64,000 nt of DNA from Cyanobacteria bacterium P01_A01_bin.123 (GCA_039815185.1 JBCBZT010000003.1:128001-192000); one strand, 5' to 3'. Positions 11,185-22,277 are shown, counted from the stretch's first letter. The notes: generated from the sequence alone by a model not told the origin. Made by a program: numbers and translations.

Positions 11185-12285
11185 ATGCCTGCTCCTCCTC
11201 GTCTTGCTGCCACCCGTCCCCGGATTGCCATCCCCATGGGGGATCCGGCTGGTATCGGTATAGAGGTGGTGTTAAAGGCCCTGGCACTGCCGCAGTTATA
11301 TGCTGACGCTGAGCTGACGGTAGTCGGGACGCGATCGCAGCTTGAACGTCACTTTCAGATTCTGAAAGGGCAGATTCCTAAAGGGCAAGGGCTTCAGGTT
11401 CCTCAATCTGACTTGGTTAAGCCTGTGATTGCAGATCCAGCCTTCTTGTCCGTGCTGGATCTGCCCCTTGCCCGATCTCAGGTAGACGACATTCAACTGG
11501 GCTGTGGCAATGCTGCTAGCGGCGAAGCCAGTTTTGCGGCATTAAAGACGGCTATTGATTGCACAGTTGCGGGCAAATTTGATGCTATTGTGACTGCCCC
11601 TATTTCTAAAGCAGCTTGGCAGGCAGCGGGGCATGATTATCCCGGCCAAACAGAACTTCTGGCAGCTGGGGCGGGGGTGAGCCGATTTGGCATGCTGTTT
11701 GTGGCGCGATCGCCTCACTGTGATTGGATTCTCAAAAACTTACTGGCTACTACCCATATCCCTCTCAGAGCGGTTCCCGATGCCCTGACGCCAGACTTGA
11801 TGAGTGCCAAGCTATCACTGCTGATTCACTGTCTCAAAACCGAATTTGGCCTTGAAAAACCCCGCATCGCGATCGCTGGACTCAATCCCCACAGTGGTGA
11901 ACAGGGGCAGTTAGGCCATGAAGAAGTAGACTGGCTGATTCCCTGGCTAGAAACCCAGCGTCTGCACTATCCAGAAGCAACCCTGAATGGCCCAATTCCT
12001 CCAGATACCCTTTGGGTTGAACCCGGACAGGCTTGGTATGGCCGTGGCCATCACCAAGCCCACGATGCCTACCTGGCGCTCTATCACGACCAGGGATTAA
12101 TTCCGTTAAAACTATTAGCCTTTGATCGTGCCGTTAACACCACGATTGGCCTGCCCTTTATTCGCACTTCTCCCGATCACGGCACTGCCTTCGATATTGC
12201 GGGACGGGGGATTGCCGATCCGACTAGTATGATTGCTGCGATTGAGTTAGCGGTTGAGTTGGTGCAGAAGCGGCTGATGGGGTGA
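11185..12285 (+). CDS. pdxA: 4-hydroxythreonine-4-phosphate dehydrogenase
   Basis: [44 protein letters not shown]. Confidence 0.96.
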   Translation: MPAPPRLAATRPRIAIPMGDPAGIGIEVVLKALALPQLYADAELTVVGTRSQLERHFQILKGQIPKGQGLQVPQSDLVKPVIADPAFLSVLDLPLARSQVDDIQLGCGNAASGEASFAALKTAIDCTVAGKFDAIVTAPISKAAWQAAGHDYPGQTELLAAGAGVSRFGMLFVARSPHCDWILKNLLATTHIPLRAVPDALTPDLMSAKLSLLIHCLKTEFGLEKPRIAIAGLNPHSGEQGQLGHEEVDWLIPWLETQRLHYPEATLNGPIPPDTLWVEPGQAWYGRGHHQAHDAYLALYHDQGLIPLKLLAFDRAVNTTIGLPFIRTSPDHGTAFDIAGRGIADPTSMIAAIELAVELVQKRLMG

Positions 12286-12300
12286 TGACGATTCTTCCCT

Positions 12301-13206
12301 TCACTCTTCGGCTTCGGCTAAGGCTGCTTCGCTGTTTTGCTGATATGCGTCGACTCGATCTTGGGCGGTGGGATAGCGCTCATCGGTCTCGGGCACTTGA
12401 GACATTAAGTCTGAAGCGCGTTGCCAACGGCTGGCTAAATCGAGCCAATCGGCTGCAGTTTCAGCGATTTTGCCATCGGCGGCGGCTTGTTCTGCAAGGC
12501 GTACGGCTTGTACGAAGGGATCTGGGTCTTCAGGTAGTGGGGGTAAGGATTCCGATGCAGTATCGTTAGGACTACGAGCTAGGGGGACATCTGGGGATGC
12601 AGCATCTGGAGCCTCTGGAGGTGTTCCTGAGGAAGGCGTGGTATTCTCTGCGGACGGTGGTGGTGCGGGGTCTTGCCTAACCCAGCGCCAGGCTCCCCAG
12701 CCGATCAGCCCTAAAAAGAGGCATAAACTGGTTCCCCCAACTAAGCCCCGCCAAAAATAGCGTTGTTTGAGGCTTTTTCGCATACTGGTGGCGGGCAAGC
12801 GGCTGCGGGGTTGTCGTGGCGCTGTTGCATCTTCAAAAAGCCGCTTGAAAATATTGGGTTTCTTCAGGGCAATGAGCTCTGACCAAAGTAAGTGATTATC
12901 TGGATCGCGATTGACTTCTTCGAGCCAGAGTAATTGCTGTTCACGCACGATCCGACTATTAATATTGACCCGACTGATGGTGCGGGGACTAATCGCTTCT
13001 AAAATGCTGCGAATACGCTCGACCACGGTTGATTGTTCGAGCTGTTCTGGGGTTTTAGCTTCACATAGAAGTTGCAAAATCCCTTCGGCTAAAACGGCAC
13101 GGGTGCGAATGCCGTCATCGGCTAGACGGTCATTGAGAATCTGAATGATCGCGGCGACACTGCCCTGTCGAGCTTGCTTTGAAACGTTATCAATCGCTTG
13201 GGTCAT
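12301..13206 (-). CDS. Conserved cyanobacterial membrane-anchored hypothetical protein
   Basis: ARQGSVAAIIQILN N-terminus, one TM segment, C-terminal helical DPFVQAVRLA..W..A..LM motif. Confidence 0.75.
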   Translation of the reverse strand: MTQAIDNVSKQARQGSVAAIIQILNDRLADDGIRTRAVLAEGILQLLCEAKTPEQLEQSTVVERIRSILEAISPRTISRVNINSRIVREQQLLWLEEVNRDPDNHLLWSELIALKKPNIFKRLFEDATAPRQPRSRLPATSMRKSLKQRYFWRGLVGGTSLCLFLGLIGWGAWRWVRQDPAPPPSAENTTPSSGTPPEAPDAASPDVPLARSPNDTASESLPPLPEDPDPFVQAVRLAEQAAADGKIAETAADWLDLASRWQRASDLMSQVPETDERYPTAQDRVDAYQQNSEAALAEAEE

Positions 13207-13359
13207 GAGCCAGCACCGAATTCTAAACTAGACGATCCCACCTGATTTGACGTCACACAGTATCGTTGTTGGTACGGAAAACTATGGATCTGGGTGTGGC
13301 TAATGTTTAATTAGCTGGTACATCCTATCAGCAGATGGCTTCAATAGTCATGTTTTCAG

Positions 13360-14094
13360 TTAAGTATGCCTGTGGCTAGTGTCGTTGAAGCGATGAATTT
13401 TCCAAAGTTCACCATTGTATTGGTTGGGGCCGGATTGCCCCCAGCGATCGCGATCGAGTGAAAATTCAAACCAGGCGGTGGGCGCAATAGCAATCCCCCA
13501 GGTGCGATCGCTACCTAGAATTTCACTAATGAGATGTTGCAATAGCCAGCTATGGGTGACGATCCAGAGGCGATCGCCATTGCGGTGGGTTTGTAAAATC
13601 CGGTGCAGAAATTGCCGCGATCGCTGTCGGACTGCGGCAGGGGTTTCTGCTTGGGGTACAGGTTGCCAGTCTGGCGAATGTTCTAGTCGATGACATATCT
13701 CCGGATAGCGATCGCAGGCTTCGGCCCAAGTTAGATTTTGGAAAATACCGCCGTGGGCTTCTTGCAGAGTATTGCAGAGGGTTAGGGGGATGGGGGGATG
13801 GGGGGATGGGGAGCAGGGGAGTAGAGGCGTAAGGGGGGAATCGGATAAAGCCAAAGCTGGGAAAGAGCTGTAGTTGCAACTGGTGAGGAGATGGTGGAGG
13901 GTTTCTTGGGCGCGTTGGAGGGGGCTACAGTAGAGGTGTGTGGGTGACCAGTGGTGTTTGAGGACGATCGCCAACTCATTTGCCTGCTGTTGGCCTTGGA
14001 CTGATAGGGGAGAGCTGTGTTGGCCTTCCATCCGGCCTTGGGCGTTGCCAATGGATTGGGCATGGCGTAGCAGTATCAGCTTTAGGGAACCCAT
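13360..14094 (-). CDS. Histidine phosphatase family protein with Pro-rich repeat-derived insert
   Basis: LLRHAQS.GN, SPLQRAQET, IVTH motifs. Confidence 0.88.
   Translation of the reverse strand: MGSLKLILLRHAQSIGNAQGRMEGQHSSPLSVQGQQQANELAIVLKHHWSPTHLYCSPLQRAQETLHHLLTSCNYSSFPALALSDSPLTPLLPCSPSPHPPIPLTLCNTLQEAHGGIFQNLTWAEACDRYPEICHRLEHSPDWQPVPQAETPAAVRQRSRQFLHRILQTHRNGDRLWIVTHSWLLQHLISEILGSDRTWGIAIAPTAWFEFSLDRDRWGQSGPNQYNGELWKIHRFNDTSHRHT
13785..13832 (+). repeat. G-rich octamer tandem repeat (GGGGGATG x3 plus three degenerate units) inside a CDS
   Basis: GGGGGATG GGGGGATG GGGGGATG GGGAGCAG GGGAGTAG AGGCGTAA read directly. Confidence 0.85.
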
Positions 14095-14209
14095 TTAAGA
14101 CCTTTAAGGGGGGCTAACAGAGCAGATTCACGGTTGCTGCGTTGGTTTCTCGCCTTAACCCTTTACAATGGCAGACATATTATCTATTGCTTATTGCTGT
14201 GAACTAGCC

Positions 14210-14554
14210 ATGCTGCTCAAGTCTACAACCCGCCACGTTCATATCTATACTGCGGAAGTTAAAGACAATGAACTGGTGCCCAATGAAGGCGTTTTGACCC
14301 TTGATATCGACCCTGATAACGAGTTCAACTGGGACGAAGAATCGCTACAGCTTGTCTACCGTGAATTTGACCGACTGGTAGAAGCGGCGGCTGGTGAAGA
14401 TTTAATCGACTATAACTTGCGACGCATCGGCTCTGATTTAGAGCATTTCATCAAAACGCTGCTGCAAACGGGCCAAATTAGCTACAACTTGAAGAGTCGA
14501 GCGATCAACTACAGTATGGGGTTGCCCCAGGTGGTTTCAGACGGGGCGTCCTAG
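14210..14554 (+). CDS. ndhM: NAD(P)H-quinone oxidoreductase subunit M
   Basis: [52 protein letters not shown]. Confidence 0.96.
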   Translation: MLLKSTTRHVHIYTAEVKDNELVPNEGVLTLDIDPDNEFNWDEESLQLVYREFDRLVEAAAGEDLIDYNLRRIGSDLEHFIKTLLQTGQISYNLKSRAINYSMGLPQVVSDGAS

Positions 14555-14577
14555 CAGGTTCATAGGGACTGAGATCC

Positions 14578-16899
14578 TTGCCATATCAATACCTTTGGGC
14601 AGTTGGAAATGCCTGGAAACGAGTAGTTCAAGATCAACACCTGGGTAATCGCTACCGCTGGTTGCACAGCAATGTGTTTTTGGATCTCCAGCCGGATCAG
14701 CCGCCTGAGCCTGTGGTTGATCTGCCGGTGACTGTGCTGCCTTATTTGAGACTCTCGGGTTATAGTCGCCACATTCCCAGACCTTATACGGTGTTGACAG
14801 GAATCGCTGAGCAGCCCTTGGAAACGCCCATAGTGCTGTTAGATCAAGCCGCGATCGCGCCCAGCCCAGCGATTGACACCAAGCTTCCCCGTTTACTGCC
14901 GACCCTGGCCGAACAGTGGCCCAAAATGCCTCCCCTGGCCCAGCTTAACGGGTTGTGGCAATTGGCCTCCCTGTGGGAACCGCTGCGCAGTGAGCAGGTG
15001 GTTTCGACACTATTGACTCCTGATTTAATTAGGCTTGATGGCACCCTGGTGCGGGTTTTAGAACTCTGCCCTGACAGCCCGGATGTGACTTATTCTCTGG
15101 CAGCCCTGGCGGATTACTGGCAACCTTTAATATCTAAAGCCCACACAGCAGTTGCCCCCTACTTGCAAAGCCTGTGTCAACGGCTGAAAAGTGGAGAATA
15201 TAAGACCTCAGAGCAGCTCTTGGTCAGTTTGGAGCGGGGATTACGCAGTTGCGGTGCAGATCAGCAAACCCAGGTGCAAATTGCTACCCGTACGGATCAA
15301 GGGCCAACCCGAAAACGGAATGAAGATGCTTGTTTCCCAGCTAACGGCACGGCGATTACCTATGGAGAGCAATCTGCGATCGCGGATCGCAATCCTGACC
15401 TCCCCCCAATCCCGCTGGTGCTTGTATGCGATGGCATTGGCGGCCATGAGGGGGGTGACGTGGCCTCTAGCCTGGCGATTCAAAGTATTCAACGATACTT
15501 AATGCCCCTACTGAAAACGGCGACTCCAGACCCTGATGTGATCAGTCAAGCCCTGGGGCAAGCGATCTGCATCGCTAATGATGAAATTTCCCAACGTAAC
15601 GACCTCGAAAAGCGTCAAGCCCAAGGGCGGATGGGAACCACGGTGGTGGCTGCATTGGTGGTCGGGGAATCCCTGTATTTAGCTCATTTAGGCGACAGTC
15701 GAGCCTATCGCATCACCTCCAAAAGCTGTCGCCAAATCACCGTGGACGATGATGTTGCCTCACGAGAAGTTCGCTTGGGCTACGGTCTCTATCGTGAGGC
15801 CCTCTACCATCCAGGGGCAGGGTCCCTAGTGCAAGCATTGGGTATGACGTCATCTAAACTGCTGTACCCCACGGTGCAGCGGTTTGTGCTGGATGAAGAC
15901 TTTCTGGTTTTGCTTTGCTCTGATGGCTTGAGTGATAATGACGTGATTGAAAATACCTGGCATCAAAGTCTGCTGCCTATTTTGCAGGGACAGCAGCTGG
16001 TGGCTGGTGGTAGTCAGGCTTTGGTTCAGCTGGCCAATACTCAAAACGGCCACGACAATGTCACGATCGGATTACTCAAGTTTCAGGTGATTCATGTTGC
16101 CACAACTCCGGTTGATCCGGCGCTGGCGGTTCCGCCAGCGATGGCTCCACAAGATCAATCTCTGACCACCGCGACTGCTGCTGCGACCCCAATGGCACCA
16201 GCCGCGACGCTTACCCCACCGTCGCCCAGAACTCCCCAACCGCTGGTTCAATCAACGACTCAAGTCCCTGTTAAAGCTCAATCCCGAGGTAAATCTTGGG
16301 GTCTAATCACCCTGGGATTTGCAGGCCTTGGGGCGATTATAGGCATCATTACTTTCAATCTCCTGCCAGAACTGCTGCCTGCCACCAACGCTGAATTGCC
16401 AACTTTATTTCAATCGGCTGCTCCTCCCCTGCTGCCCCCCACCCCCTTTGCCGATACGCCCTCGATCTTTGAAATTAATCGCTTACTTCAAGTGACGGTG
16501 GCTGTTGTTGACGTCAATGGTGTCGCCCAGCCCTTGAGACTGTATGCTGAACCCAATGATTTATCTCCAACGGGGTCTCCGAATTCAACAAACCCTGAGA
16601 AAATAGAAGGAACTTTACCTGCGGGCAGCATTCTTCAAGTGCTGAACCAACGGGAAGTGGCTGATCAGCCGCGATGGGTGCGTCTTAAAGTGTGTTCTGT
16701 GCCGTCGGGGGCTTCTCTGGGCGATCGCCCTACTGAATCTAATACCCCCACTGCTGAAGTCAATCCGGTTGCGCCGGGTACCCTGGTTCAACTCTCCCAA
16801 CCCGGTGACGAAGGCTGGATCTCTGCGACAACCCTAGCGCCAGTGGTGCAGCCCCTAGGGGCTGTCGCCCCTGCCCAACAGGGTGATTGTCAGCCCTAG
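14578..16899 (+). CDS. PP2C-family Ser/Thr phosphatase with N-terminal degenerate kinase-like region, TM helix and C-terminal SH3b-like domain
   Basis: RKRNED, CDGIGGHEGG, MGTT, HLGDSRAY, LCSDGLSD, GHDNVT; TM WGLITLGFAGLGAIIGII; TTG start. Confidence 0.88.
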   Translation: MPYQYLWAVGNAWKRVVQDQHLGNRYRWLHSNVFLDLQPDQPPEPVVDLPVTVLPYLRLSGYSRHIPRPYTVLTGIAEQPLETPIVLLDQAAIAPSPAIDTKLPRLLPTLAEQWPKMPPLAQLNGLWQLASLWEPLRSEQVVSTLLTPDLIRLDGTLVRVLELCPDSPDVTYSLAALADYWQPLISKAHTAVAPYLQSLCQRLKSGEYKTSEQLLVSLERGLRSCGADQQTQVQIATRTDQGPTRKRNEDACFPANGTAITYGEQSAIADRNPDLPPIPLVLVCDGIGGHEGGDVASSLAIQSIQRYLMPLLKTATPDPDVISQALGQAICIANDEISQRNDLEKRQAQGRMGTTVVAALVVGESLYLAHLGDSRAYRITSKSCRQITVDDDVASREVRLGYGLYREALYHPGAGSLVQALGMTSSKLLYPTVQRFVLDEDFLVLLCSDGLSDNDVIENTWHQSLLPILQGQQLVAGGSQALVQLANTQNGHDNVTIGLLKFQVIHVATTPVDPALAVPPAMAPQDQSLTTATAAATPMAPAATLTPPSPRTPQPLVQSTTQVPVKAQSRGKSWGLITLGFAGLGAIIGIITFNLLPELLPATNAELPTLFQSAAPPLLPPTPFADTPSIFEINRLLQVTVAVVDVNGVAQPLRLYAEPNDLSPTGSPNSTNPEKIEGTLPAGSILQVLNQREVADQPRWVRLKVCSVPSGASLGDRPTESNTPTAEVNPVAPGTLVQLSQPGDEGWISATTLAPVVQPLGAVAPAQQGDCQP

Positions 16900-16937
16900 C
16901 CTGTCTGAGTTGTCTGTTTGTAACTGCGATTTTTTTG

Positions 16938-18632
16938 ATGCTTGCCCCCGAGACGCTATGCCTCAGACTTGCCGTTGATCGTCTGACCGCTGCAGATCCC
17001 GATCACTATGCCATCTGGGTGGTTGATTCGCCCTATCCAGGGGGGTATGTTCATCACGACTGTGTGTGGAGTCATGCCCTCACCCAAGCTTGGCAAAGCT
17101 GGCAGCAAATGTTTTCACTCCGGGGGTTACCCCAAGTCCCCCACGTGCCCTCCACCTACGTACCGCAGTTTATACTCGACGGCTTGTCTGATGGGGATGA
17201 AGCGGCTGGATTTCCCCGTAGCTATAGCAGTCGCTTGATGCAGCATTTGGGGGTGAATCTATGGCAGTGGCTATTCGACGGCCCTATCCAGCGTAGCCTC
17301 GATCAAAGCTTGGGCATTGCCATGGGGCAAAATAAGCCCCTGCACTTGCGCCTGGAACTCCGGGATCCCGAATTAATTTCGCTACCCTGGGAAATTATGC
17401 AGCAGCAGTCGGGACGTCAAGCGATTTCCTTAGGACAGCAAATTGTTTTTAGCCGCACCACTAGTGATGTCGATCCGCTACCCGACTTTGATTTGGATTC
17501 GGCATTGCGAGTGTTGTTAGTGTTAGGCCATGATGACGATGCGCCTGTGGTTACTCAACCGATGAATGGCCCCAAGCGGGAACCTGTGCTTCAGCTCCAA
17601 GAAGAAGCGATCGCGCTTAAAACCCTGCTTGAACAAAGCCCCTCTAACTTGACTGCAAGTGGTAAACGGGCCGTGGTCTGTCAGGTAGAAGCCTTGCTGC
17701 AGCCTACTCCCGCTGAATTGATTGATGCCCTAGAGAGCGGTTTGTACAATTTATTTTTCTATGCTGGCCATGGTGTCCCTGCGCCTGATGGCGGATTGCT
17801 CTTTCTCGGGGCAGATTCAACGCTCAACGGCACTGAACTGGCTCAGGTGCTGACCCGTTGCCAAGTTAAATTGGCGGTATTTAACACCTGCTGGGGTGCC
17901 CAACCCGATCAAAGTGCCCAGCAGCCGATTCCGCGCAGTAGTTTAGCCGAGGTGATGCTTCACCACGGGGTACCTGCGGTATTGGCGATGCGCGATTCCA
18001 TTGCCGATGAAGAAGCCCTCAGCTTTATTCAGGTGTTTGCCCAGTCTTTGGCCGAACGGTTGCCAGTGGATCAAGCGGTTGCGATCGCCCGGCAGCATTT
18101 GCTCACTCTCTACAAGTTTAATCAGCCCGCTTGGACGCTGCCAGTGCTCTATATGCACCCCGAATTTGACGGCGTACTGCTTAACCCAGTCCGTGAAGAT
18201 ATTACGCGGTTACCCAGCGACACGGGCATGACGCTCAAACCTCGAGCCAGGGCATTTCTGCGGGCAGTGGATGACCATCAGCGAGTTTGGCCTATTTACG
18301 GTGGTTTGATGAGGGTAGGGCGGTTGCCTGACAACGATTTACCCATTGCGGATCCTTGGGTGTCGAGCAAACATGCCGAAATCTTTTGTCGCATTAGTGC
18401 CCCCCTTGGCCAAAATTCACTGGGTGAACCAGCCTATTACCTACGGGATTTTTCTCGCAATGGGACTTTCTGCCGATCCCAAGATGCCGCCTGGAAACAG
18501 ATTCAACGGCAGGAAATTCCCCTGGCCTCCGGTACCCAGATTCGCTTTGGCAGCACTAAAGGGCGCGTTTTGGAATTTGTGGTCGAAGGCATTACCCCCC
18601 TTTCCCCTTCTCAGTCAGATGGCTTAAATTAG
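16938..18632 (+). CDS. CHAT (caspase/HetF-like) protease with C-terminal FHA domain
   Basis: LISLPWE, FFYAGHG (His), VFNTCWG (Cys), W.LPVLY; FHA VGR..VSSKHA..SRNGT. Confidence 0.9.
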   Translation: MLAPETLCLRLAVDRLTAADPDHYAIWVVDSPYPGGYVHHDCVWSHALTQAWQSWQQMFSLRGLPQVPHVPSTYVPQFILDGLSDGDEAAGFPRSYSSRLMQHLGVNLWQWLFDGPIQRSLDQSLGIAMGQNKPLHLRLELRDPELISLPWEIMQQQSGRQAISLGQQIVFSRTTSDVDPLPDFDLDSALRVLLVLGHDDDAPVVTQPMNGPKREPVLQLQEEAIALKTLLEQSPSNLTASGKRAVVCQVEALLQPTPAELIDALESGLYNLFFYAGHGVPAPDGGLLFLGADSTLNGTELAQVLTRCQVKLAVFNTCWGAQPDQSAQQPIPRSSLAEVMLHHGVPAVLAMRDSIADEEALSFIQVFAQSLAERLPVDQAVAIARQHLLTLYKFNQPAWTLPVLYMHPEFDGVLLNPVREDITRLPSDTGMTLKPRARAFLRAVDDHQRVWPIYGGLMRVGRLPDNDLPIADPWVSSKHAEIFCRISAPLGQNSLGEPAYYLRDFSRNGTFCRSQDAAWKQIQRQEIPLASGTQIRFGSTKGRVLEFVVEGITPLSPSQSDGLN

Positions 18633-18719
18633 CTTTCATTGCGGAATGGTTAATATCAAATCTGTAGGTATTCTCTGTCACCAAGGTTCCATCAGTGCAG
18701 TCTAAAGGGCAACGTCGTT

Positions 18720-19331
18720 ATGAATTCAAACAACCCCCTGCGGGGATTTTCAAATCACACTCAAGCTAAGCTTGATTTGCTCCACGCTGTTTTACATAGC
18801 AAGGAGTCATATCTCTGGAACCCTGGAGCCGCTGACAGTGAAGCCTATCTGACCGAACTGGAAGCGACCTGGGGTGAAGCTGGCCTCTCAAGCGAAGAGG
18901 CTGCTGTTGGTTGGCAGACCTTATCTCGCCAACTCGATATTATGTGGCAGTCTGTCGATCAGGCTTCGGCGGAAACGACGGACACTGTTGTTGCCGCAAC
19001 CTTAAAGCAGCAATTTGCCAATCGCATGCCGGCAGATCTGTTGGCTCAGATGGCCCAGCGTGCTGAAGAGATTGTGCGCAGTGGTCAACCCCTGATGCAG
19101 CAGATGATTCACTGTGTGCAGGATGTCCTCTCTGCTTGGGATGAGACCGATCTGCAAGTGATGGCGCGGCCGTTAACGCTGGCGATGCGAGACGGTCAAG
19201 GGGAAATCTTAACGGTTGCCCTGAATTCTGTGCGGGAGGCGAATTGGGAGGATCTCTCTGCCATGGAGCAGGCTCGATTGGGGCTGGCGATCGCGCGCTA
19301 TGCCCTTAACCAAGCGGATGAGCAGGCTTGA
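18720..19331 (+). CDS. Conserved cyanobacterial hypothetical protein
   Basis: Clean 203-aa helical ORF with Y.WNP, DLQVMARP..AMR, EQARL.LAIARYAL. Confidence 0.8.
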   Translation: MNSNNPLRGFSNHTQAKLDLLHAVLHSKESYLWNPGAADSEAYLTELEATWGEAGLSSEEAAVGWQTLSRQLDIMWQSVDQASAETTDTVVAATLKQQFANRMPADLLAQMAQRAEEIVRSGQPLMQQMIHCVQDVLSAWDETDLQVMARPLTLAMRDGQGEILTVALNSVREANWEDLSAMEQARLGLAIARYALNQADEQA

Positions 19332-19342
19332 AACTCAAAGGT

Positions 19343-20653
19343 TTAGAAGTCCAAATCGTTGATTTCAAAGATTTGCTCTGATGGAATTGAGTTCTCCCCC
19401 GACTGCCAAGGCGATTGCCCCGCTGCTGGTGGAGGGTCGGGGGATGCTCTAGACAGCGAACTCAGTTGCGCCTCAAAATAAGCTTCTTGATGCTCTAGCC
19501 TTTGCGCCACGGTTAGCCCCCGTTCAAACGCCAGGCGTGCGGCCGCTATTTCGTCTAGATCCCGATAAATTTGCCCGATTTGATCAAAGGCATTCATGAT
19601 GGCATAAAGGTTGTCGCTTTTCCTGCCAACCTCAATCAAGATGCCGTAGAGCTCTAAACTCTGCTGAAAATTTCCCAATTGCCGATAGATGCCAGCCAGA
19701 TCCGCAAGGGTTTGGCTGGCATTATCTTGTTGACTCAAAATTTGGGCATTGGCATAGGCACTTTGGTAATAAGGTTGGGCCAAATCAGGACGATCTAGGG
19801 CCAGATAGTTGCGAGCGATATTGAGTGTCAATAACGGCAGAGGATCCGTGATGCCCTGGGTTTGATATAAGGTTAGCAGCCGCCCCTGGGCCACAATGGC
19901 TGGTTCAAACTGCTGGGCTTGTTCATGGCTATAAATGAGCTGTGTCAGATACTCAACCTGTTGATCAAGCGATGCCTGGTTGCCGGTTAGTGTCAGCAGT
20001 GTTGCGTAGGTGAGGGCTGCATCGCTGTGGTGAAACCAGTCCAGGTGGAGCTGGGCGATTTGCTCAACGGCTTCGATTTGTGCACCGCGATCGCCCCGTT
20101 CTGCATGAATCTCGGCAATTTGATGGTACACAGCTAGGGCAGCGGGTTGATCTCGTAGGGTGTGGTAGATGGTACCTAATGTATCGAGATCGTCTAGGGC
20201 AATTGGGCCATCAGCTTCTAAATCTGCTTCAATTTGCTGGAGCCGGAAGGTAATGATTTGGCTCTCCTCTGCCCGATTGGCTTGCCACGCCAAGGTTGCC
20301 ACTCGTTGAATAGCCGCTAGCTCTGCGGCTTGGTCGATGGCTCGACGCAGTTGGAGTTCCCGCATCCACATGGCAAAGGCAGCGTCAACCTCTCCTGCCT
20401 CATATTCGGCAAGCGCTTCGGCATTCAACCGATCCAAAGCTTCCCCTAAAGCCCGCTTTTCTAGAGGGCTCAAAGGCCGCTGCACAGGCAATACCGGCAG
20501 TAGCGGATCGCGGGGCTGAGCGGTCAATGGGTCAGCCAAAAATGCTTCGCGCACTACGGGATCAATGCGTTGGCTCCAAGCGACCTGCGGCGAACAAAGC
20601 AAAATGCTGGCTGCCATGGTCAAAGCCCACCCCCGAAGGGCGATCGCAGCCAT
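19343..20653 (-). CDS. TPR repeat protein, probably secreted
   Basis: Helical repeats (LADLAGIYRQLGNFQQSLELY etc.); signal-like N-terminus; start uncertain. Confidence 0.8.
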   Translation of the reverse strand: MAAIALRGWALTMAASILLCSPQVAWSQRIDPVVREAFLADPLTAQPRDPLLPVLPVQRPLSPLEKRALGEALDRLNAEALAEYEAGEVDAAFAMWMRELQLRRAIDQAAELAAIQRVATLAWQANRAEESQIITFRLQQIEADLEADGPIALDDLDTLGTIYHTLRDQPAALAVYHQIAEIHAERGDRGAQIEAVEQIAQLHLDWFHHSDAALTYATLLTLTGNQASLDQQVEYLTQLIYSHEQAQQFEPAIVAQGRLLTLYQTQGITDPLPLLTLNIARNYLALDRPDLAQPYYQSAYANAQILSQQDNASQTLADLAGIYRQLGNFQQSLELYGILIEVGRKSDNLYAIMNAFDQIGQIYRDLDEIAAARLAFERGLTVAQRLEHQEAYFEAQLSSLSRASPDPPPAAGQSPWQSGENSIPSEQIFEINDLDF

Positions 20654-21026
20654 AATTCCCAACCGCTGACTGCTTGTCCAATAACTTGTCAAAGTCATCA
20701 GCGCTGAGGTACTCCACCGATTGCCGTTGTACATCTTTACATTGATTGCTATCCCCAGATCATACCGTTTTGGCTGAGATGCACCCCAACATTGCTTCAA
20801 CAGTTTTCTGGCAAAAAGCTTCAGTCCGCAAGGGTTTTTAGCCCTTGGTCACCGTTCCATCAGCGTAATTGTCAGTCAAGGTCAAGACTGCTCGTGCAAA
20901 TGCAAGATATGTGTGTCCCGTTCCATCAGCCGTGCACAAAACTTGAAGCACCTGATTGATGTAATCTTAGATCCTACGCGCGTTTAATTGAACGCTGTTT
21001 CAAATCGTGTAACTCAAATCGGTTTT

Positions 21027-22001
21027 ATGACTTCGACTGCATCTTCTGCTGTAGCTACTCTCACCCGCACCGTTCGCATTGGCTCCCGCAAAAGCCAGTT
21101 AGCGTTGGTTCAGACCCACTGGGTGCGCGACGAACTTCAGAAGCACTTTCCCGAGGTGCGGTTTGAAGTGAAAACGATGGACACCCACGGCGATAAGGTG
21201 CTGGATGTGTCCCTCTCTAAAATTGGCGATAAGGGGTTATTTACCCAAGAACTCGAATCGGGAATGCTGGAAGGCGATATCGATTTTGCGGTGCATTCCC
21301 TCAAAGATTTACCCACGCGATTGCCTGCTGGGCTCATGCTGGGGTGCGTTACGGAACGAGAAGATCCTGCTGATGCCCTGGTGGTGCATGAGAAGAATAA
21401 GGACAAACAAATCGATACCTTGCCTGAGGGGGCTGTGATCGGCACCTCCTCCCTACGTCGGTTGGCGCAATTGCGTCACCATTATCCCCACCTGACGTTT
21501 AAAGACATTCGCGGCAACCTGAATACCCGTCTACGTAAGCTCGACGAAGGGAGTTACGACGGCATTATTTTGGCGGTGGCAGGGTTGCAGCGGTTGGGCA
21601 TGGGCGATCGCATCCATCAAATCTTGCCTGCATCTGTTTCCCTCCATGCGGTGGGGCAGGGGGCATTGGGTATTGAATGTCGCGATGGGGATCCGGACAT
21701 ATTGTCATTGCTGGAGGTGTTGCACCACGATGATACGGGGCATCGCTGCTATGCCGAGCGCGCCTTTTTGCGTGAACTTGAAGGGGGATGCCAGGTTCCC
21801 ATTGGTGTCAATACCGTGATTGCAGACGGCACATTGACCCTGACAGGTATTGTGGCTAGCCTAGATGGTCAACAAATTGTCAAAGACGAAATCGAGGGGC
21901 CAATTGAGACCGCAGACGCGATGGGGACTGAGTTGGCTAGGCGGGCTAAGGCAGCAGGTGCTCAAGCGATTTTGGATGAAATCAACGCAACTAGTCGGTA
22001 G
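21027..22001 (+). CDS. hemC: Porphobilinogen deaminase
   Basis: [52 protein letters not shown]. Confidence 0.97.
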   Translation: MTSTASSAVATLTRTVRIGSRKSQLALVQTHWVRDELQKHFPEVRFEVKTMDTHGDKVLDVSLSKIGDKGLFTQELESGMLEGDIDFAVHSLKDLPTRLPAGLMLGCVTEREDPADALVVHEKNKDKQIDTLPEGAVIGTSSLRRLAQLRHHYPHLTFKDIRGNLNTRLRKLDEGSYDGIILAVAGLQRLGMGDRIHQILPASVSLHAVGQGALGIECRDGDPDILSLLEVLHHDDTGHRCYAERAFLRELEGGCQVPIGVNTVIADGTLTLTGIVASLDGQQIVKDEIEGPIETADAMGTELARRAKAAGAQAILDEINATSR

Positions 22002-22046
22002 ACAGTTGGGCAAGTGTCCGATGCGTTAATCTCTAATTTGTTATGG

Positions 22047-22277
22047 TTATCCCGCAATCTTGGTGTCAGGTGCCTTAGCTTTTTCTTGGTGCAGCAGATA
22101 CCAAGCGACAAACCCCAAAACGGGATCCAGAATCGCGAACATCAAAAGCAAATGCGGAAAAACCCCTGCCATCGCCAGTGGTACTAAAACAAGTGGGACT
22201 AGAACAATCCGATTCAGAACGGACGCAGCGACGATTTGCCTGCTGCCGGATCTGCCACCAAAGAAATAGAACCAACC
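22047..22277 (-). pseudogene. 3' remnant of a small membrane protein gene
   Basis: Frame reads GWFYFFGGRSGSRQIVAASVLNRIVLVPLVLVPLAMAGVFPHLLLMFAILDPVLGFVAWYLLHQEKAKAPDTKIAG*; in-frame TAA at 22299-22301 upstream and no start before the segment. Confidence 0.6.

Noticed and set aside
11356..11385. Imperfect 15-bp duplication in pdxA
   Set aside because: Small in-frame loop expansion; no further structure
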